From assembly GCA_963665295.1 (NCBI GenBank), contig OY762209.1, positions 3,360,001 to 3,424,000 on the forward strand: a stretch of 64,000 nt of DNA, written 5' to 3'. Below the pieces are notes generated by a model that made no database searches, was not told where the DNA came from, and was given only the letters and a program-made list of their open reading frames with translations. This DNA is from Syntrophorhabdaceae bacterium. Its GTDB lineage: Bacteria; Desulfobacterota; Syntrophorhabdia; Syntrophorhabdales; Syntrophorhabdaceae. Below are positions 1-9,414 of the stretch, piece after piece. The translations under genes and the position numbers were made by a program. The number at the start of each line of letters is the position of its first letter. Position 1 is the stretch's first letter.

Positions 1-747
1 GCCGATCCTCCAGCCGGTCATGCAGTATGTTTTCGAGAGTGAGTGAAATTCGATGGAATGCTTCTTCTCCTTATCGAATTCGAGAATGCTCCTCGGGTTG
101 TACCCGTCATAGGCGATCTCGCTATACGCGGCGTCGTGGCAGACAAGGATATCGTATTTTTTTGCCACGTCGAGAACCTTCATGTAAAATTCGTCATCCC
201 CGTGCGCTCCTGTAGGGTTGTTCGGATAGTTGACGAACAGGAGTTTTGCCTTCCGGAGCACGTCCTCGGGGATGAGGTCGAACCTGGGCAAATATCCGTT
301 TTCTTCCAACAAAGGCATGATATAAGGCGTGCCTCCCGCAAGGAGGGTTGTTATCTTGTACACAGGATAGCCTGGGGAAGGGATAAGGGCGACATCCCCA
401 CTCTCGATGTAGGCCCACGGCAGATGGGCGATTCCTTCTTTTGAGCCGATGAGGGTGACCACTTCGGTGCGAGGATCCAGGTCTACCCCGAAACGTGTGA
501 GGTACCAGTCGGTAACGGCTTTTCGGAACTCGAACATCCCCTCATAGCTGGGGTACTGGTGATTCTTCGGGTTTGCCGTCTCTCTCTGCATGCACTCCAC
601 GATGTTATCCGGGGTGGGGATATCAGGGTCGCCGATTCCGAAATCTATAAGGTCAATGCCCCTGCTTCTTGCCTCGGTCTTCTTTTTGTCAATCCGGGCA
701 AACAGGTAAGGGGGAATTTTCTCAACTCTCGATGCGGGTTTGGTCAT
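1..747 (-). CDS. dapL: LL-diaminopimelate aminotransferase (class I/II PLP aminotransferase), 3' end runs off window
   Basis: Manual translation from ATG 747: [23 protein letters not shown]...[12 protein letters not shown]...[16 protein letters not shown] upstream; absent from ORF track because no stop in window. Confidence 0.8.
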   Translation of the reverse strand, partial: MTKPASRVEKIPPYLFARIDKKKTEARSRGIDLIDFGIGDPDIPTPDNIVECMQRETANPKNHQYPSYEGMFEFRKAVTDWYLTRFGVDLDPRTEVVTLIGSKEGIAHLPWAYIESGDVALIPSPGYPVYKITTLLAGGTPYIMPLLEENGYLPRFDLIPEDVLRKAKLLFVNYPNNPTGAHGDDEFYMKVLDVAKKYDILVCHDAAYSEIAYDGYNPRSILEFDKEKKHSIEFHSLSKTYCMTGWRIG

Positions 748-894
748 GGTACGGGCTCCTCAGAATTTATTTCCCTATTCATGTAATGTTTTTTTCCCCC
801 AAAGTAAAGTATTTTTTGTGGTCCCATCCCCTTCCGCTACCACCGTCGATGATTTTATTTGAAACCTCACCCCTTATGTGTAAAAATAAGCGGA

Positions 895-1362
895 ATGGAC
901 CCGTTCCTGAAAAAAATACCCCATAATTTCCCCCTTTCCGAGAGGCCTTACAAGGTGATGGCGGAGAATGTGGGCATGAGTGAGGAGGAGTTCATAAAGA
1001 GGTTGAAAGATCTCAGGAGTGAGGGCACGGTAAGAAGGGTTGCGGCCATCCTTTATCACCGGAAGGCCTTGTACACCCATAACGCCATGGTGGTATGGAA
1101 AGTGGAAGAGAGAGATATGGAGAGGGTAGGGGAGAGTATGGCCTCCTTCCCTGAAGTGAGTCACTGCTATGAAAGAGAGACGGGAGGGTACTGGGAATAT
1201 ACGCTTTACACCATGATACACGGAAAGGACTTGGAAGCGTGCATGGACGTGGTGAAGCGTATGTCGGAAAAGACCGGTATAAAAGAATTCGAAGTCTTTT
1301 TGAGCAAAAGGGAGTTCAAGAAAACATCATTGTCGGTGGAAGAAGAGGCGTTTCCGGTTTGA
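895..1362 (+). CDS. ahbB: Siroheme decarboxylase beta subunit-like (AhbB/NirH, Lrp/AsnC fold)
   Basis: FPLSERPY, NAMVVW, VSHCYER, YTLYTMIH, REFKKTS motifs; adjacent to hemL. Confidence 0.8.
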   Translation: MDPFLKKIPHNFPLSERPYKVMAENVGMSEEEFIKRLKDLRSEGTVRRVAAILYHRKALYTHNAMVVWKVEERDMERVGESMASFPEVSHCYERETGGYWEYTLYTMIHGKDLEACMDVVKRMSEKTGIKEFEVFLSKREFKKTSLSVEEEAFPV

Positions 1363-1407
1363 GAAACGGAAGGGTTGAGGAAAATATATGACAGCAGAAG
1401 GGCGGAT

Positions 1408-2697
1408 ATGAAAAGAGTCGAATCGGCGAGGCTATACGAACGGGCACGCCTGCTTATGCCCGGCGGGGTAAACAGTCCGGTCAGGGCTTTCCTTTCCGTG
1501 AATGACGCGCCTTTTTTTGTGAGGAATGCCAAAGGGCCTTACATTTATGACGTGGATGGGAATGAGTACGTGGATTATGTGTCCTCCTGGGGCGCCATTA
1601 TACTTGGCCATGCCCATGATGGCCTGATCCACGAGGTTGGCGACGCACTCATGGAAGGGACCAGTTTCGGCGCGTGCCACCCTCGCGAGGTCGAAATTGC
1701 GGAGATCATTAATTCCGCTTTTCCGAGCATGGAGATGTTGAGGCTCGTCAGTTCGGGGACGGAGGCGACTATGAGCGCGATCCGCCTTGCGAGAGGATAT
1801 ACGGGAAGAGACGGCGTCATCAAATTCAAGGGGTGCTATCACGGCCACGTGGATAGTCTCCTGGTGAAAGCCGGGTCGGGACTTGCCACCTTCGGCAGTC
1901 CTGATAGCGCGGGTGTTCCGAAAGACCTTGCACGTTTTACCTATGTGGCTGATTTCAATCACCTGGAATCGGTAAAGGAGATTGTCAAGGCCCATAAAGG
2001 CGAGATTGCATGCATTATCCTTGAGCCCATTATGGGAAACATGGGGGTCATCCTGCCCTACAGGTCGTTTCTTGAGGGAGTGCAGGAGATTTGCGCGGAT
2101 AACGGTATACTCCTTGTCTGCGACGAGGTGATCACAGGCTTCCGGGTTTGTTACGGGGGTGCCCAACACCTCTATAACCTGAAACCTGACCTTACGTGCC
2201 TGGGTAAGATCATAGGCGGTGGTTTCCCCATAGGAGCCTTCGGAGGCAGAAAGGAGATCATGGAGCGGCTGGCCCCTCTCGGAGACGTATACCAGGCGGG
2301 CACCCTGTCGGGGAATCCTGTGGCGGTGAGGGCGGGCATCTATGTCCTGAAATATTTGAAAGAATATTCGCCTTACAGCCTGCTGCGCGAGAAGGTCGAT
2401 TTTCTGCGTGAAGGTATAACCGGGATCGCCGCGAAGTCGGGTGTCAACTACACGATCAACGGCGTACCGGGCATGTTTACAGGTTTCTTCTCGGAGAATG
2501 AAGTAAGCGATTATGACGCCGCCTGCAAATCGAACAGGGCTTTATACGAACGATTTTTCAAACTTATGCTCGAAGAGGGCGTATCGTTTGCCCCGAGCCC
2601 TTTCGAAGCCGCCTTTGTCACCCTGAGCCATGGCGGGAAAGAGTTAAACAGGACACTCGCTGCATTCGAGAAGGTTTTTAGAAATCTGAAGGAATAA
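1408..2697 (+). CDS. hemL: Glutamate-1-semialdehyde 2,1-aminomutase
   Basis: MPGGVNSPVRAF, SGTEATMSAIRLARG, YHGH, DEVITGFR, GKIIGGG, YQAGTLSGNP. Confidence 0.95.
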   Translation: MKRVESARLYERARLLMPGGVNSPVRAFLSVNDAPFFVRNAKGPYIYDVDGNEYVDYVSSWGAIILGHAHDGLIHEVGDALMEGTSFGACHPREVEIAEIINSAFPSMEMLRLVSSGTEATMSAIRLARGYTGRDGVIKFKGCYHGHVDSLLVKAGSGLATFGSPDSAGVPKDLARFTYVADFNHLESVKEIVKAHKGEIACIILEPIMGNMGVILPYRSFLEGVQEICADNGILLVCDEVITGFRVCYGGAQHLYNLKPDLTCLGKIIGGGFPIGAFGGRKEIMERLAPLGDVYQAGTLSGNPVAVRAGIYVLKYLKEYSPYSLLREKVDFLREGITGIAAKSGVNYTINGVPGMFTGFFSENEVSDYDAACKSNRALYERFFKLMLEEGVSFAPSPFEAAFVTLSHGGKELNRTLAAFEKVFRNLKE

Positions 2698-2707
2698 TAA
2701 AGATACT

Positions 2708-3826
2708 ATGATAAGAATACCGAGAGCCGTTGCATATGTGGATTTGAGTGCACTGGAAGAGAACTACATGACCATAAAAACGTACCTCCCTGCGGGAGTG
2801 AAGGTCCTCTGTGTGGTGAAGGCCGATGCCTATGGCCACGGGGCTTTGGAAGTGGCCCGCAGGCTTGAGTCGAATGATGCGGACTATCTTGGGGTCGCAA
2901 CCATCGACGAAGGTATGGAACTCCGCGAGAGCGGCATCAGCACCCCCATCCTTATCATGAGCGGTATATTCCCCTGGGACGACGTGGGGGCCCTGTTCCG
3001 AAACGGGCTTACTCCGGTGGTGCACGACCTTGTTACTCTTGACAGAATCTCAGAGGAAGGCAGTCATTTCGACGAACCCTTAAAGGTACATCTTAAGGTT
3101 GATACCGGCATGGGAAGGCTCGGTTTCTCCGTAGATGATATTTCCTATGTGGCAGAGCGTGTCAAGGAGATGGGAAGTGTGAAGGTGGAGGGCTTCATGA
3201 GTCACTTCTCCGCCTCGGAGACAAGAAACGAGTACGGGACAAACCAGATAGCCCTTTTCAAGACGGCCCTTCAGACCCTGCAAGACGCAGGCGTCGATCC
3301 GGAGATTATCCACATGGCAAACAGCGGCGCCCTGACCACCTACCCCGATGCCTATTTCTCGATGATCCGGGTCGGGATCAACCTCTATGGCTCCCATGCG
3401 GCGCAGGGACTGAGAGAGAAGATGGCCTTGAGGCAAGTGATGAAGTTCGTCTCCAAGATAAGTCTTCTGAGAGAATTTCCGGAGGGAGTCACATTGAGCT
3501 ATGGCGGGACGTACACGACGAAGAAGAATACCCGGGTGGCATATATTCCTGTCGGATATGCCGACGGCTTGCCGAGGATGCTATCCAACAAGGGCTCCGT
3601 GTTGATAAAGGACAAGAGATGCAGTATCGTGGGGAGAATCTGCATGGATTGGCTCCTGGCGGACGTGACCTACCTTGATGACGTCGATGTGGGAGAAGAG
3701 GTGATAATCCTGGGCGAGGGCGACACTCAGACTATTACCGCCGACGAGATAGCTGATCAGGCGTGCACGATCCCCTATGAAATACTTTGCGGTATATCGA
3801 GGAGAGTCATGCGGGTCTACATCTGA
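2708..3826 (+). CDS. alr: Alanine racemase
   Basis: VVKADAYGHG, KVDTGMGRLG, PVGYADG, GRICMD, TIPYEILC. Confidence 0.95.
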   Translation: MIRIPRAVAYVDLSALEENYMTIKTYLPAGVKVLCVVKADAYGHGALEVARRLESNDADYLGVATIDEGMELRESGISTPILIMSGIFPWDDVGALFRNGLTPVVHDLVTLDRISEEGSHFDEPLKVHLKVDTGMGRLGFSVDDISYVAERVKEMGSVKVEGFMSHFSASETRNEYGTNQIALFKTALQTLQDAGVDPEIIHMANSGALTTYPDAYFSMIRVGINLYGSHAAQGLREKMALRQVMKFVSKISLLREFPEGVTLSYGGTYTTKKNTRVAYIPVGYADGLPRMLSNKGSVLIKDKRCSIVGRICMDWLLADVTYLDDVDVGEEVIILGEGDTQTITADEIADQACTIPYEILCGISRRVMRVYI

Positions 3827-4539
3827 GGGCCTTTATCCGGGGCGTCTGATGTGTTCTTCCGCGGTCCCCGTCGTTTCCTTATCAGGTTGAAGATAAGGGG
3901 AGTGACACTGAGAAAGGCGAGGGCGACGAAGGCGCTCAGAATATTGGGTGACAGCACGTCGCGGGCCGAGTTTATCGTATCGAGTTGGCTTCCCGCAAAT
4001 GAATAGACCAGGTCTCCCGGCAGTATCCCCACGGCCGTGGTCCATACGAAAGTCCACAGACGAATCCGCGTGAGTCCGGCGAGAATGTTGATGAGAAAGA
4101 AGGGAAAAACAGGAATGAACCGCACGGTGAGCAGGTAATTGCGACCGCGGGAGGCCATCTCGCTGTTGAACCGTTCGAGTTGTTTTTCGTACCGCCTCTG
4201 AAGCCAGTCCCCCAGAAGGTACTTCGTGATGATGAATACGATGGCTGACCCCATGGTCGCTCCCATATTGACCAGGATAGCCGCTTTGATTGTGCCGAAC
4301 AGAAACCCGCCCGCTAATGTCAATATCACCGCCCCTGGAATGGAAAGGGCGACCGCCGCCGCGTAGATGACGACATATGCCACGGGTGACTGGACCGGGT
4401 GGGCATCCACGTAGAGGTGAATCGTCTCCTTATGCGTTTTCAGGCTGTCGAAGGTGAGATAATTGCTGACACCTGAGAATTTTACGGCGGCCACGCATAG
4501 GCAGAGGGCAAGAATGAGGAGTATCTTTTTCCGTGTCAT
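3817..4539 (-). CDS. TVP38/TMEM64 (VTT/DedA-like) membrane protein
   Basis: LSIPGAVILTLAGGFLFG, RFIPVFPFFLIN motifs; hydrophobic. Confidence 0.85.
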   Translation of the reverse strand: MTRKKILLILALCLCVAAVKFSGVSNYLTFDSLKTHKETIHLYVDAHPVQSPVAYVVIYAAAVALSIPGAVILTLAGGFLFGTIKAAILVNMGATMGSAIVFIITKYLLGDWLQRRYEKQLERFNSEMASRGRNYLLTVRFIPVFPFFLINILAGLTRIRLWTFVWTTAVGILPGDLVYSFAGSQLDTINSARDVLSPNILSAFVALAFLSVTPLIFNLIRKRRGPRKNTSDAPDKGPQM

Positions 4540-4551
4540 ATCCGGAATCCT

Positions 4552-5241
4552 TTAGAGGATCGCCTCTTTATTGTCCGTGATGCATGTCATTGTGGCAGAA
4601 AAACAGGGTGCGCGGTCGGTATGTTCGCGGTAGAACGCCCGCAGGTCCTCCAAAGTATCCATGTCCCTTCGTGCGGGCAGGACGCCCACGGTTAATCCTT
4701 TCCGCAAAAGGATCCCCATTGTCTCCCGGTACACCGTTTCCGTACTCCACGTGATTCCGTCGAAGGCTTCCGGGGCAAAGCGGTCCTTCTGGAAACCTAT
4801 CATGTAGTAGCCGCCGTCAAGGGCGGGTCCGACCGCCGCACCCCTTTCTTTGAGGGCCAGGAAGGCGTCGAGGATAAGGCCGCCCGTCAGACCGGGAATA
4901 TCACTCCCCACCAGGACCACTCGCGAAAAACCCTCACGAAATACGGTCAGGAAGGCGTTCCTCATCCTTGCTCCCAGATTGTTCCCCGTCTGTTCGATAA
5001 GGGTAATGTCCGGGCCGAGCCAGTTCTTTACGCTCTCATAGGAACCGGCGGGGTGGAAGGCGACTCTGAATTCGTAGGATCTCATTCGTATTGTCCTGAG
5101 GAGGTCATCTACAAAACACCTGTAAAGTTTTGTGGCGAGGGAGATGCCGAGTTGTTCCGCGAGACGTCCTTTTACCCTGGCCCGTGCAGGGTCCTTGACC
5201 ATCATGATAAGACAGGCATCGGATGCTCCGGAAGGTTCCAC
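4552..5241 (-). CDS. TIGR04282-family CofC-like transferase (DUF2064)
   Basis: VKGRLA, QTGNNLGARM, LVGSDIP, GPALDGGYY, DMDTLEDL. Confidence 0.85.
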   Translation of the reverse strand: MEPSGASDACLIMMVKDPARARVKGRLAEQLGISLATKLYRCFVDDLLRTIRMRSYEFRVAFHPAGSYESVKNWLGPDITLIEQTGNNLGARMRNAFLTVFREGFSRVVLVGSDIPGLTGGLILDAFLALKERGAAVGPALDGGYYMIGFQKDRFAPEAFDGITWSTETVYRETMGILLRKGLTVGVLPARRDMDTLEDLRAFYREHTDRAPCFSATMTCITDNKEAIL

Positions 5242-5328
5242 GCTTCCCCTTTCAATGGCAGGTTTTCGGGAAGTCCCGTGTTCCGAGACCTCCTTAACCC
5301 AAATATAAGGCCGCCGGACCGGGTTGTC

Positions 5329-6018
5329 CTACTCTTTTGGATAGAACTTCGCGAGCTTTTCAGGAGGGACCTTGAATACATAGAAGGCCCGGAGTATCCA
5401 GTTCCGCAGCATGCAGGCCACCACGCCTTCCTTCTGCCATCTCCTCGCCGATGTGCGTACCTTCGCAGGTATGAGGACTATCGTATGTCCCTTTGACCTT
5501 ATTCTCGCCATGAGGTCCACGTCCTCCATGATGGGTATGTCCCGATAGCCTCCTATTTCCAGGAAGTAATCCCGACGCATGAATATGGCCTGATCGCCGA
5601 AAGGCACACGTGAGATATGGGCTCTCAGGAAAGATCCCCACTCTATAGCCCGGAAGAGCAGTCCCTTTGCGTTGATGCCAAGGGCGAAAGCACCCGCCTT
5701 GTACGTCGGGTTTTCCATAGCTGCGGAGGCCATGGCAAGCCCGTTCCCGGGCAGTTCCGTATCGGCGTGGAGAAAGAGAATGATTTCTCCGGTCGCGTGG
5801 GCGGCGCCGGCGTTCATCTGGGGCCCCCGGCCCGGACGGGAGATTACCCCTGTTATGTTTTTGTGGGTTATGGAGTGAAGCGTATTCCCCGTGCCATCAC
5901 CGTCCACGACGATGATCTCGACCTCGGAGGTGTGATCGAGGGCCCTCACGTGGGCAATGATCTGATCGATCCTATCCGATTCGTTCAGTACGGGAATGAC
6001 TATGGAGATATGGGGCAT
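5329..6018 (-). CDS. TIGR04283-family GT2 glycosyltransferase
   Basis: ISIVIPVLNE, QMNAGA, FLHADT, PFGDQAIF, IMEDV, TSARRW. Confidence 0.85.
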   Translation of the reverse strand: MPHISIVIPVLNESDRIDQIIAHVRALDHTSEVEIIVVDGDGTGNTLHSITHKNITGVISRPGRGPQMNAGAAHATGEIILFLHADTELPGNGLAMASAAMENPTYKAGAFALGINAKGLLFRAIEWGSFLRAHISRVPFGDQAIFMRRDYFLEIGGYRDIPIMEDVDLMARIRSKGHTIVLIPAKVRTSARRWQKEGVVACMLRNWILRAFYVFKVPPEKLAKFYPKE

Positions 6019-6105
6019 GGGGGCCTTCTACCATGGCTTACGACCTGTAGCTTTGGACCGGTCCAGTGGAGCCGGTCTCAGTCGGCCCTTGAGGAAGGAG
6101 ACTTC

Positions 6106-7380
6106 TCAGTCGGGATCGCTTTTGCGCAAAGTAACGTAGGAAAACTTCTCCTTGAAGCTGTCGGGGGACATATTCGCGGTCTTGGCGAGACGCGCAAGCT
6201 GATCTCCTTCGAAATCATCTCTCTCCAGCCTTATCATATAGTTTCGCGCCACCTCATAGATCTCGGAATTGATGTTCACCTTCCGAATCTTGATACGGCC
6301 CTTGTCGTCGACCATTTCTACAAAGGGCACGGGTATGATGCGTCCTTCATACTCCACTATCATTGCCGCCGTGCCTCCTTTAAGGAGATAGCGTACGGCC
6401 CCGTAACCAAGGTTTCTTGTGTAGTCTATATCGAAAGGTAAGGGCGGTGCGGCCCTCAATTCGTACCCGATGGCTTTCTCCATCACCGTGAGCTTTATGC
6501 CCAAGGTTTTAAGCTCTTCCATTACGAGACGTTTGAGAATTCTCTCTATTTGAAGCTCCGGCAGGCTGACCCTTCCCGCTTTATCCAGTTCTACTTCGGG
6601 GAGGTCGCTCAGTTCATCGAGGTTGCATTTTTCCGCTATGCCTTCAGCAAGCACCACAACCCCGTGATCCTTTCCCATGGAAAGCCGTTTTATGATGGAA
6701 CCTGTAAGAATATCGACGATCTTCCCGAGGGACGCGGTCCCTTCCGTGAACTCTTCAGGTATAAGGCACATGGTGGCTCCCGAGGCTTTGCACATTCCCA
6801 GGGCGAGGTGCCCGGTATGGCGGCCCATGGTGGCGACAAAATACCATCTGCCCATGGTCCGTGCGTCCTCCATGAGGTTATTGATGATTTTTACGCCCAT
6901 GTGTCTGGCGGTCTGGAACCCGAACGTCGAAAACCCGCCCGGAATGGGAATGTCATTATCGATGGTTTTCGGGGTATGAACGACATTAATCAACCCCCGG
7001 CCCTCTCTTTCAATCCAGTTTGCCATGTAGAGCGTGCCCTCTCCGCCGATGGTGATAAGATGCTTTATCCCGATCTGCTTCAAGGTGTTCATGAGGGTCT
7101 TGAACTTCTTCTGCGCGTCCTCAGGCGTGTCACGGGACGTCCTCAAAATTGAGCCGCCGGTGGTGTGGAGTCGCGACACCAGGTCGATGGTGAGGGGCAT
7201 CACGCACTCGCGGTCGCCCGCAAAGAGGCGCGAAAATCCACCCACAATTCCTACCACTTTCTTTCCGTGATTGATTGCTTCTATAGTTGCCGCACTGATG
7301 ACCCCGTTGATACCCGGAGCCGGACCGCCTCCAACAACAATGCCTACCGTTTCTTTTTCCATTGTGAGACATTTTTGCAT
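6106..7380 (-). CDS. pfp: Pyrophosphate-dependent phosphofructokinase family
   Basis: GGGPAPGINGVI, GGSILRTSR, PKTIDND, MGRHTGHLAL, GYELR. Confidence 0.8.
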   Translation of the reverse strand: MQKCLTMEKETVGIVVGGGPAPGINGVISAATIEAINHGKKVVGIVGGFSRLFAGDRECVMPLTIDLVSRLHTTGGSILRTSRDTPEDAQKKFKTLMNTLKQIGIKHLITIGGEGTLYMANWIEREGRGLINVVHTPKTIDNDIPIPGGFSTFGFQTARHMGVKIINNLMEDARTMGRWYFVATMGRHTGHLALGMCKASGATMCLIPEEFTEGTASLGKIVDILTGSIIKRLSMGKDHGVVVLAEGIAEKCNLDELSDLPEVELDKAGRVSLPELQIERILKRLVMEELKTLGIKLTVMEKAIGYELRAAPPLPFDIDYTRNLGYGAVRYLLKGGTAAMIVEYEGRIIPVPFVEMVDDKGRIKIRKVNINSEIYEVARNYMIRLERDDFEGDQLARLAKTANMSPDSFKEKFSYVTLRKSDPD

Positions 7381-7469
7381 CTTTCGGGTTGTTTATGCAA
7401 GAGTTTTCTGCGATTATTTTGCGAACAACTTATCCGTTTCCCATGTGGGAACATTGAGGCGGTGACTAT

Positions 7470-8303
7470 ATGAAACTCGGATTCCACATCTCCATTTCGA
7501 AGGGTTTTGACTGGGCTTTCAGAGAGGGGGAAAGGCTATCCTGCGAGGCCATGCAGATTTTCGTGAAAAACCCCAGATCATGGGCAGGAAAGACTTGGAA
7601 GGATGAGGACAGGGAGTCTTTCACGCGGCGGTGCCAGGATATGCCGGTTTTTGCCCATATGACCTATCTTCCGAATCTCGCCCGGGCGGATGAGGACGAA
7701 AAGCACATGAAAGGAATGCTGCAGGAGATGGATTTGTGCGTCCAACTCGGCATAGACTCCATGGTGGTCCACTGCGGTTCCAGGGAAGACAGGACGCGCG
7801 GCATCAGGGTCGTTGCGGAGGCCATCAACCGGGCCCTCGACACTCATGACATGAATATCATGCTGGAGACGGCGGCCGGTCAGGGCAGTTCGATAGGCGT
7901 GAAGCTGTCCGAACTGGCGATGATCTACGAAAACGTACGGAGAAAAGAGAAGGTATCCCTTTGCCTCGACACAGCCCATATCTTTCAGGCCGGCTACGAT
8001 ATTCGGAAGCGGAAGGTGTGGAACGGCGTTCTCCAGGCGACAGAAGGATACTTCGGAAGTGACAAGATAGGCCTCTTCCATCTGAATGATTCAAAGACCG
8101 CTCCAGGTAGCAGAGTTGACAGGCATTGGCACATCGGGGAAGGGCTGATAGGGACCGAAACCTTCAAGTTTATCATCAATGACAAAAGATTTGCCGGTCT
8201 CTCCGGGGTCATGGAGACCCCCAAGACCGGCGCGATGGACGAAATAAATATGAAAGTTATGCGATCCTTACTTTCTCCGCTGGTGTCTGGTCCTTTTGCG
8301 TAA
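7470..8303 (+). CDS. nfo: Endonuclease IV (AP endonuclease family 2)
   Basis: GFHISI, QIFVKNPR, LETAAGQG, CLDTAH, HLNDSK, DRHWHIGEG, ETP. Confidence 0.92.
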   Translation: MKLGFHISISKGFDWAFREGERLSCEAMQIFVKNPRSWAGKTWKDEDRESFTRRCQDMPVFAHMTYLPNLARADEDEKHMKGMLQEMDLCVQLGIDSMVVHCGSREDRTRGIRVVAEAINRALDTHDMNIMLETAAGQGSSIGVKLSELAMIYENVRRKEKVSLCLDTAHIFQAGYDIRKRKVWNGVLQATEGYFGSDKIGLFHLNDSKTAPGSRVDRHWHIGEGLIGTETFKFIINDKRFAGLSGVMETPKTGAMDEINMKVMRSLLSPLVSGPFA

Positions 8304-8360
8304 CTTACGATATTTATGCTTCCTGATCTTCTTTTTTCTCCACTTTAAAACACTTCCCAT
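8268..8360 (-). CDS. 30-aa basic protein, bS22/AURKAIP1-COX24 (DUF1713) family
   Basis: Manual translation MGSVLKWRKKKIRKHKYRKLRKRTRHQRRK*; GAGGTGA RBS at 8364-8370; below ORF-track cutoff. Confidence 0.85.
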   Translation of the reverse strand: MGSVLKWRKKKIRKHKYRKLRKRTRHQRRK

Positions 8361-8618
8361 TACTCACCTCATCGTTTTGTAGAAAACTGACACCCCATCT
8401 GCGTGTGCATATTTAAGACGGTAAAAACATAACCTTCCTTTCCATTTTTTGCAACAATATAATGACGGAAACCGGCATAATTCGTCGCGAAACAGGAAGC
8501 CCATATACGCCGCACGTGATCGCAAGCCCCGGCTATGATACAAAAATACGGTCGCAGGCCCAACAATCCTTCGGATTATCTTGAAAGGCTCTCCAAAAAT
8601 AGCTATAATAAGACCCAC

Positions 8619-8694
<76 letters not shown>

Positions 8695-8771
8695 ATAATA
8701 GTTTCAATGGGTTACGTGAGATTCGCCCAGTCGACCAAGAGTGTCAGGCTGAAATCGGGTTGAAAGAAAGT

Positions 8772-8796
8772 AAAAACGGACTTTGAGTCCGTTTTT
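8772..8796. terminator. Bidirectional intrinsic terminator-like hairpin
   Basis: AAAAACGGACT-ttg-AGTCCGTTTTT followed by further Ts. Confidence 0.7.
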
Positions 8797-8836
8797 TTAC
8801 GGCAGGGAAGGGATTTGCGCCCTGCATCTGTACTGA

Positions 8837-9218
8837 TTAGTCAAGCCTTTTAACCTCCCTATTTTTCAAAATCAGATAGTGCCTAATATTGTCGACGGAG
8901 AAAAACGATGGCTCATATCCCTTGTCTTCAAACCATTTGGCTATCACTTCACATAGTTCGTCTTCTTCGTTTAATTTTGCAAGGTAGTCATCAGCAGCAT
9001 CGCCAACCTCCTCAAAGGCTCCCTCTTGAATATTTTCGACAAAGCCGGTTATTCCATATTCAAACCAAAGATTTCATAGTAATTTTTCTCGACTCGCCTA
9101 TATAGAAATCTTCTCCGACTGGTAAGTCATCGACCATATAGTCAATAGCGTCTTGTTCAGTGTCGAAATCTTCCATATTAAACACATCATCGTCTAATGA
9201 CGTAATAAATTTCTTCAT
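8837..9218 (-). pseudogene. Acidic phage-like hypothetical protein with one frameshift near 9062
   Basis: MKKFITSLDDDVF...FYIGESRKITMKSLV* then shifted frame EYGITGFVENIQEGAFEEVGDAADDYL...KWFEDKGYEPSFFSVDNIRHY...*; span 382 nt = 3n+1. Confidence 0.6.
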
Positions 9219-9414
9219 ACGTTTTTAAACAAAAATCCCGATTGTATCAGCCAACTGTTCGGAAAGCCAACTCAACGACTATTGTTTGAACAGTTGATTA
9301 GAAGTAGTTGAATAAACTAGTGATTATATTGTAGCATAGTGACAGAATTTGTAAAGTGGATAACCGAAAGGAGGGGGTTATATGCCATATAATCCAGAGT
9401 CAATAGCTAGAATA

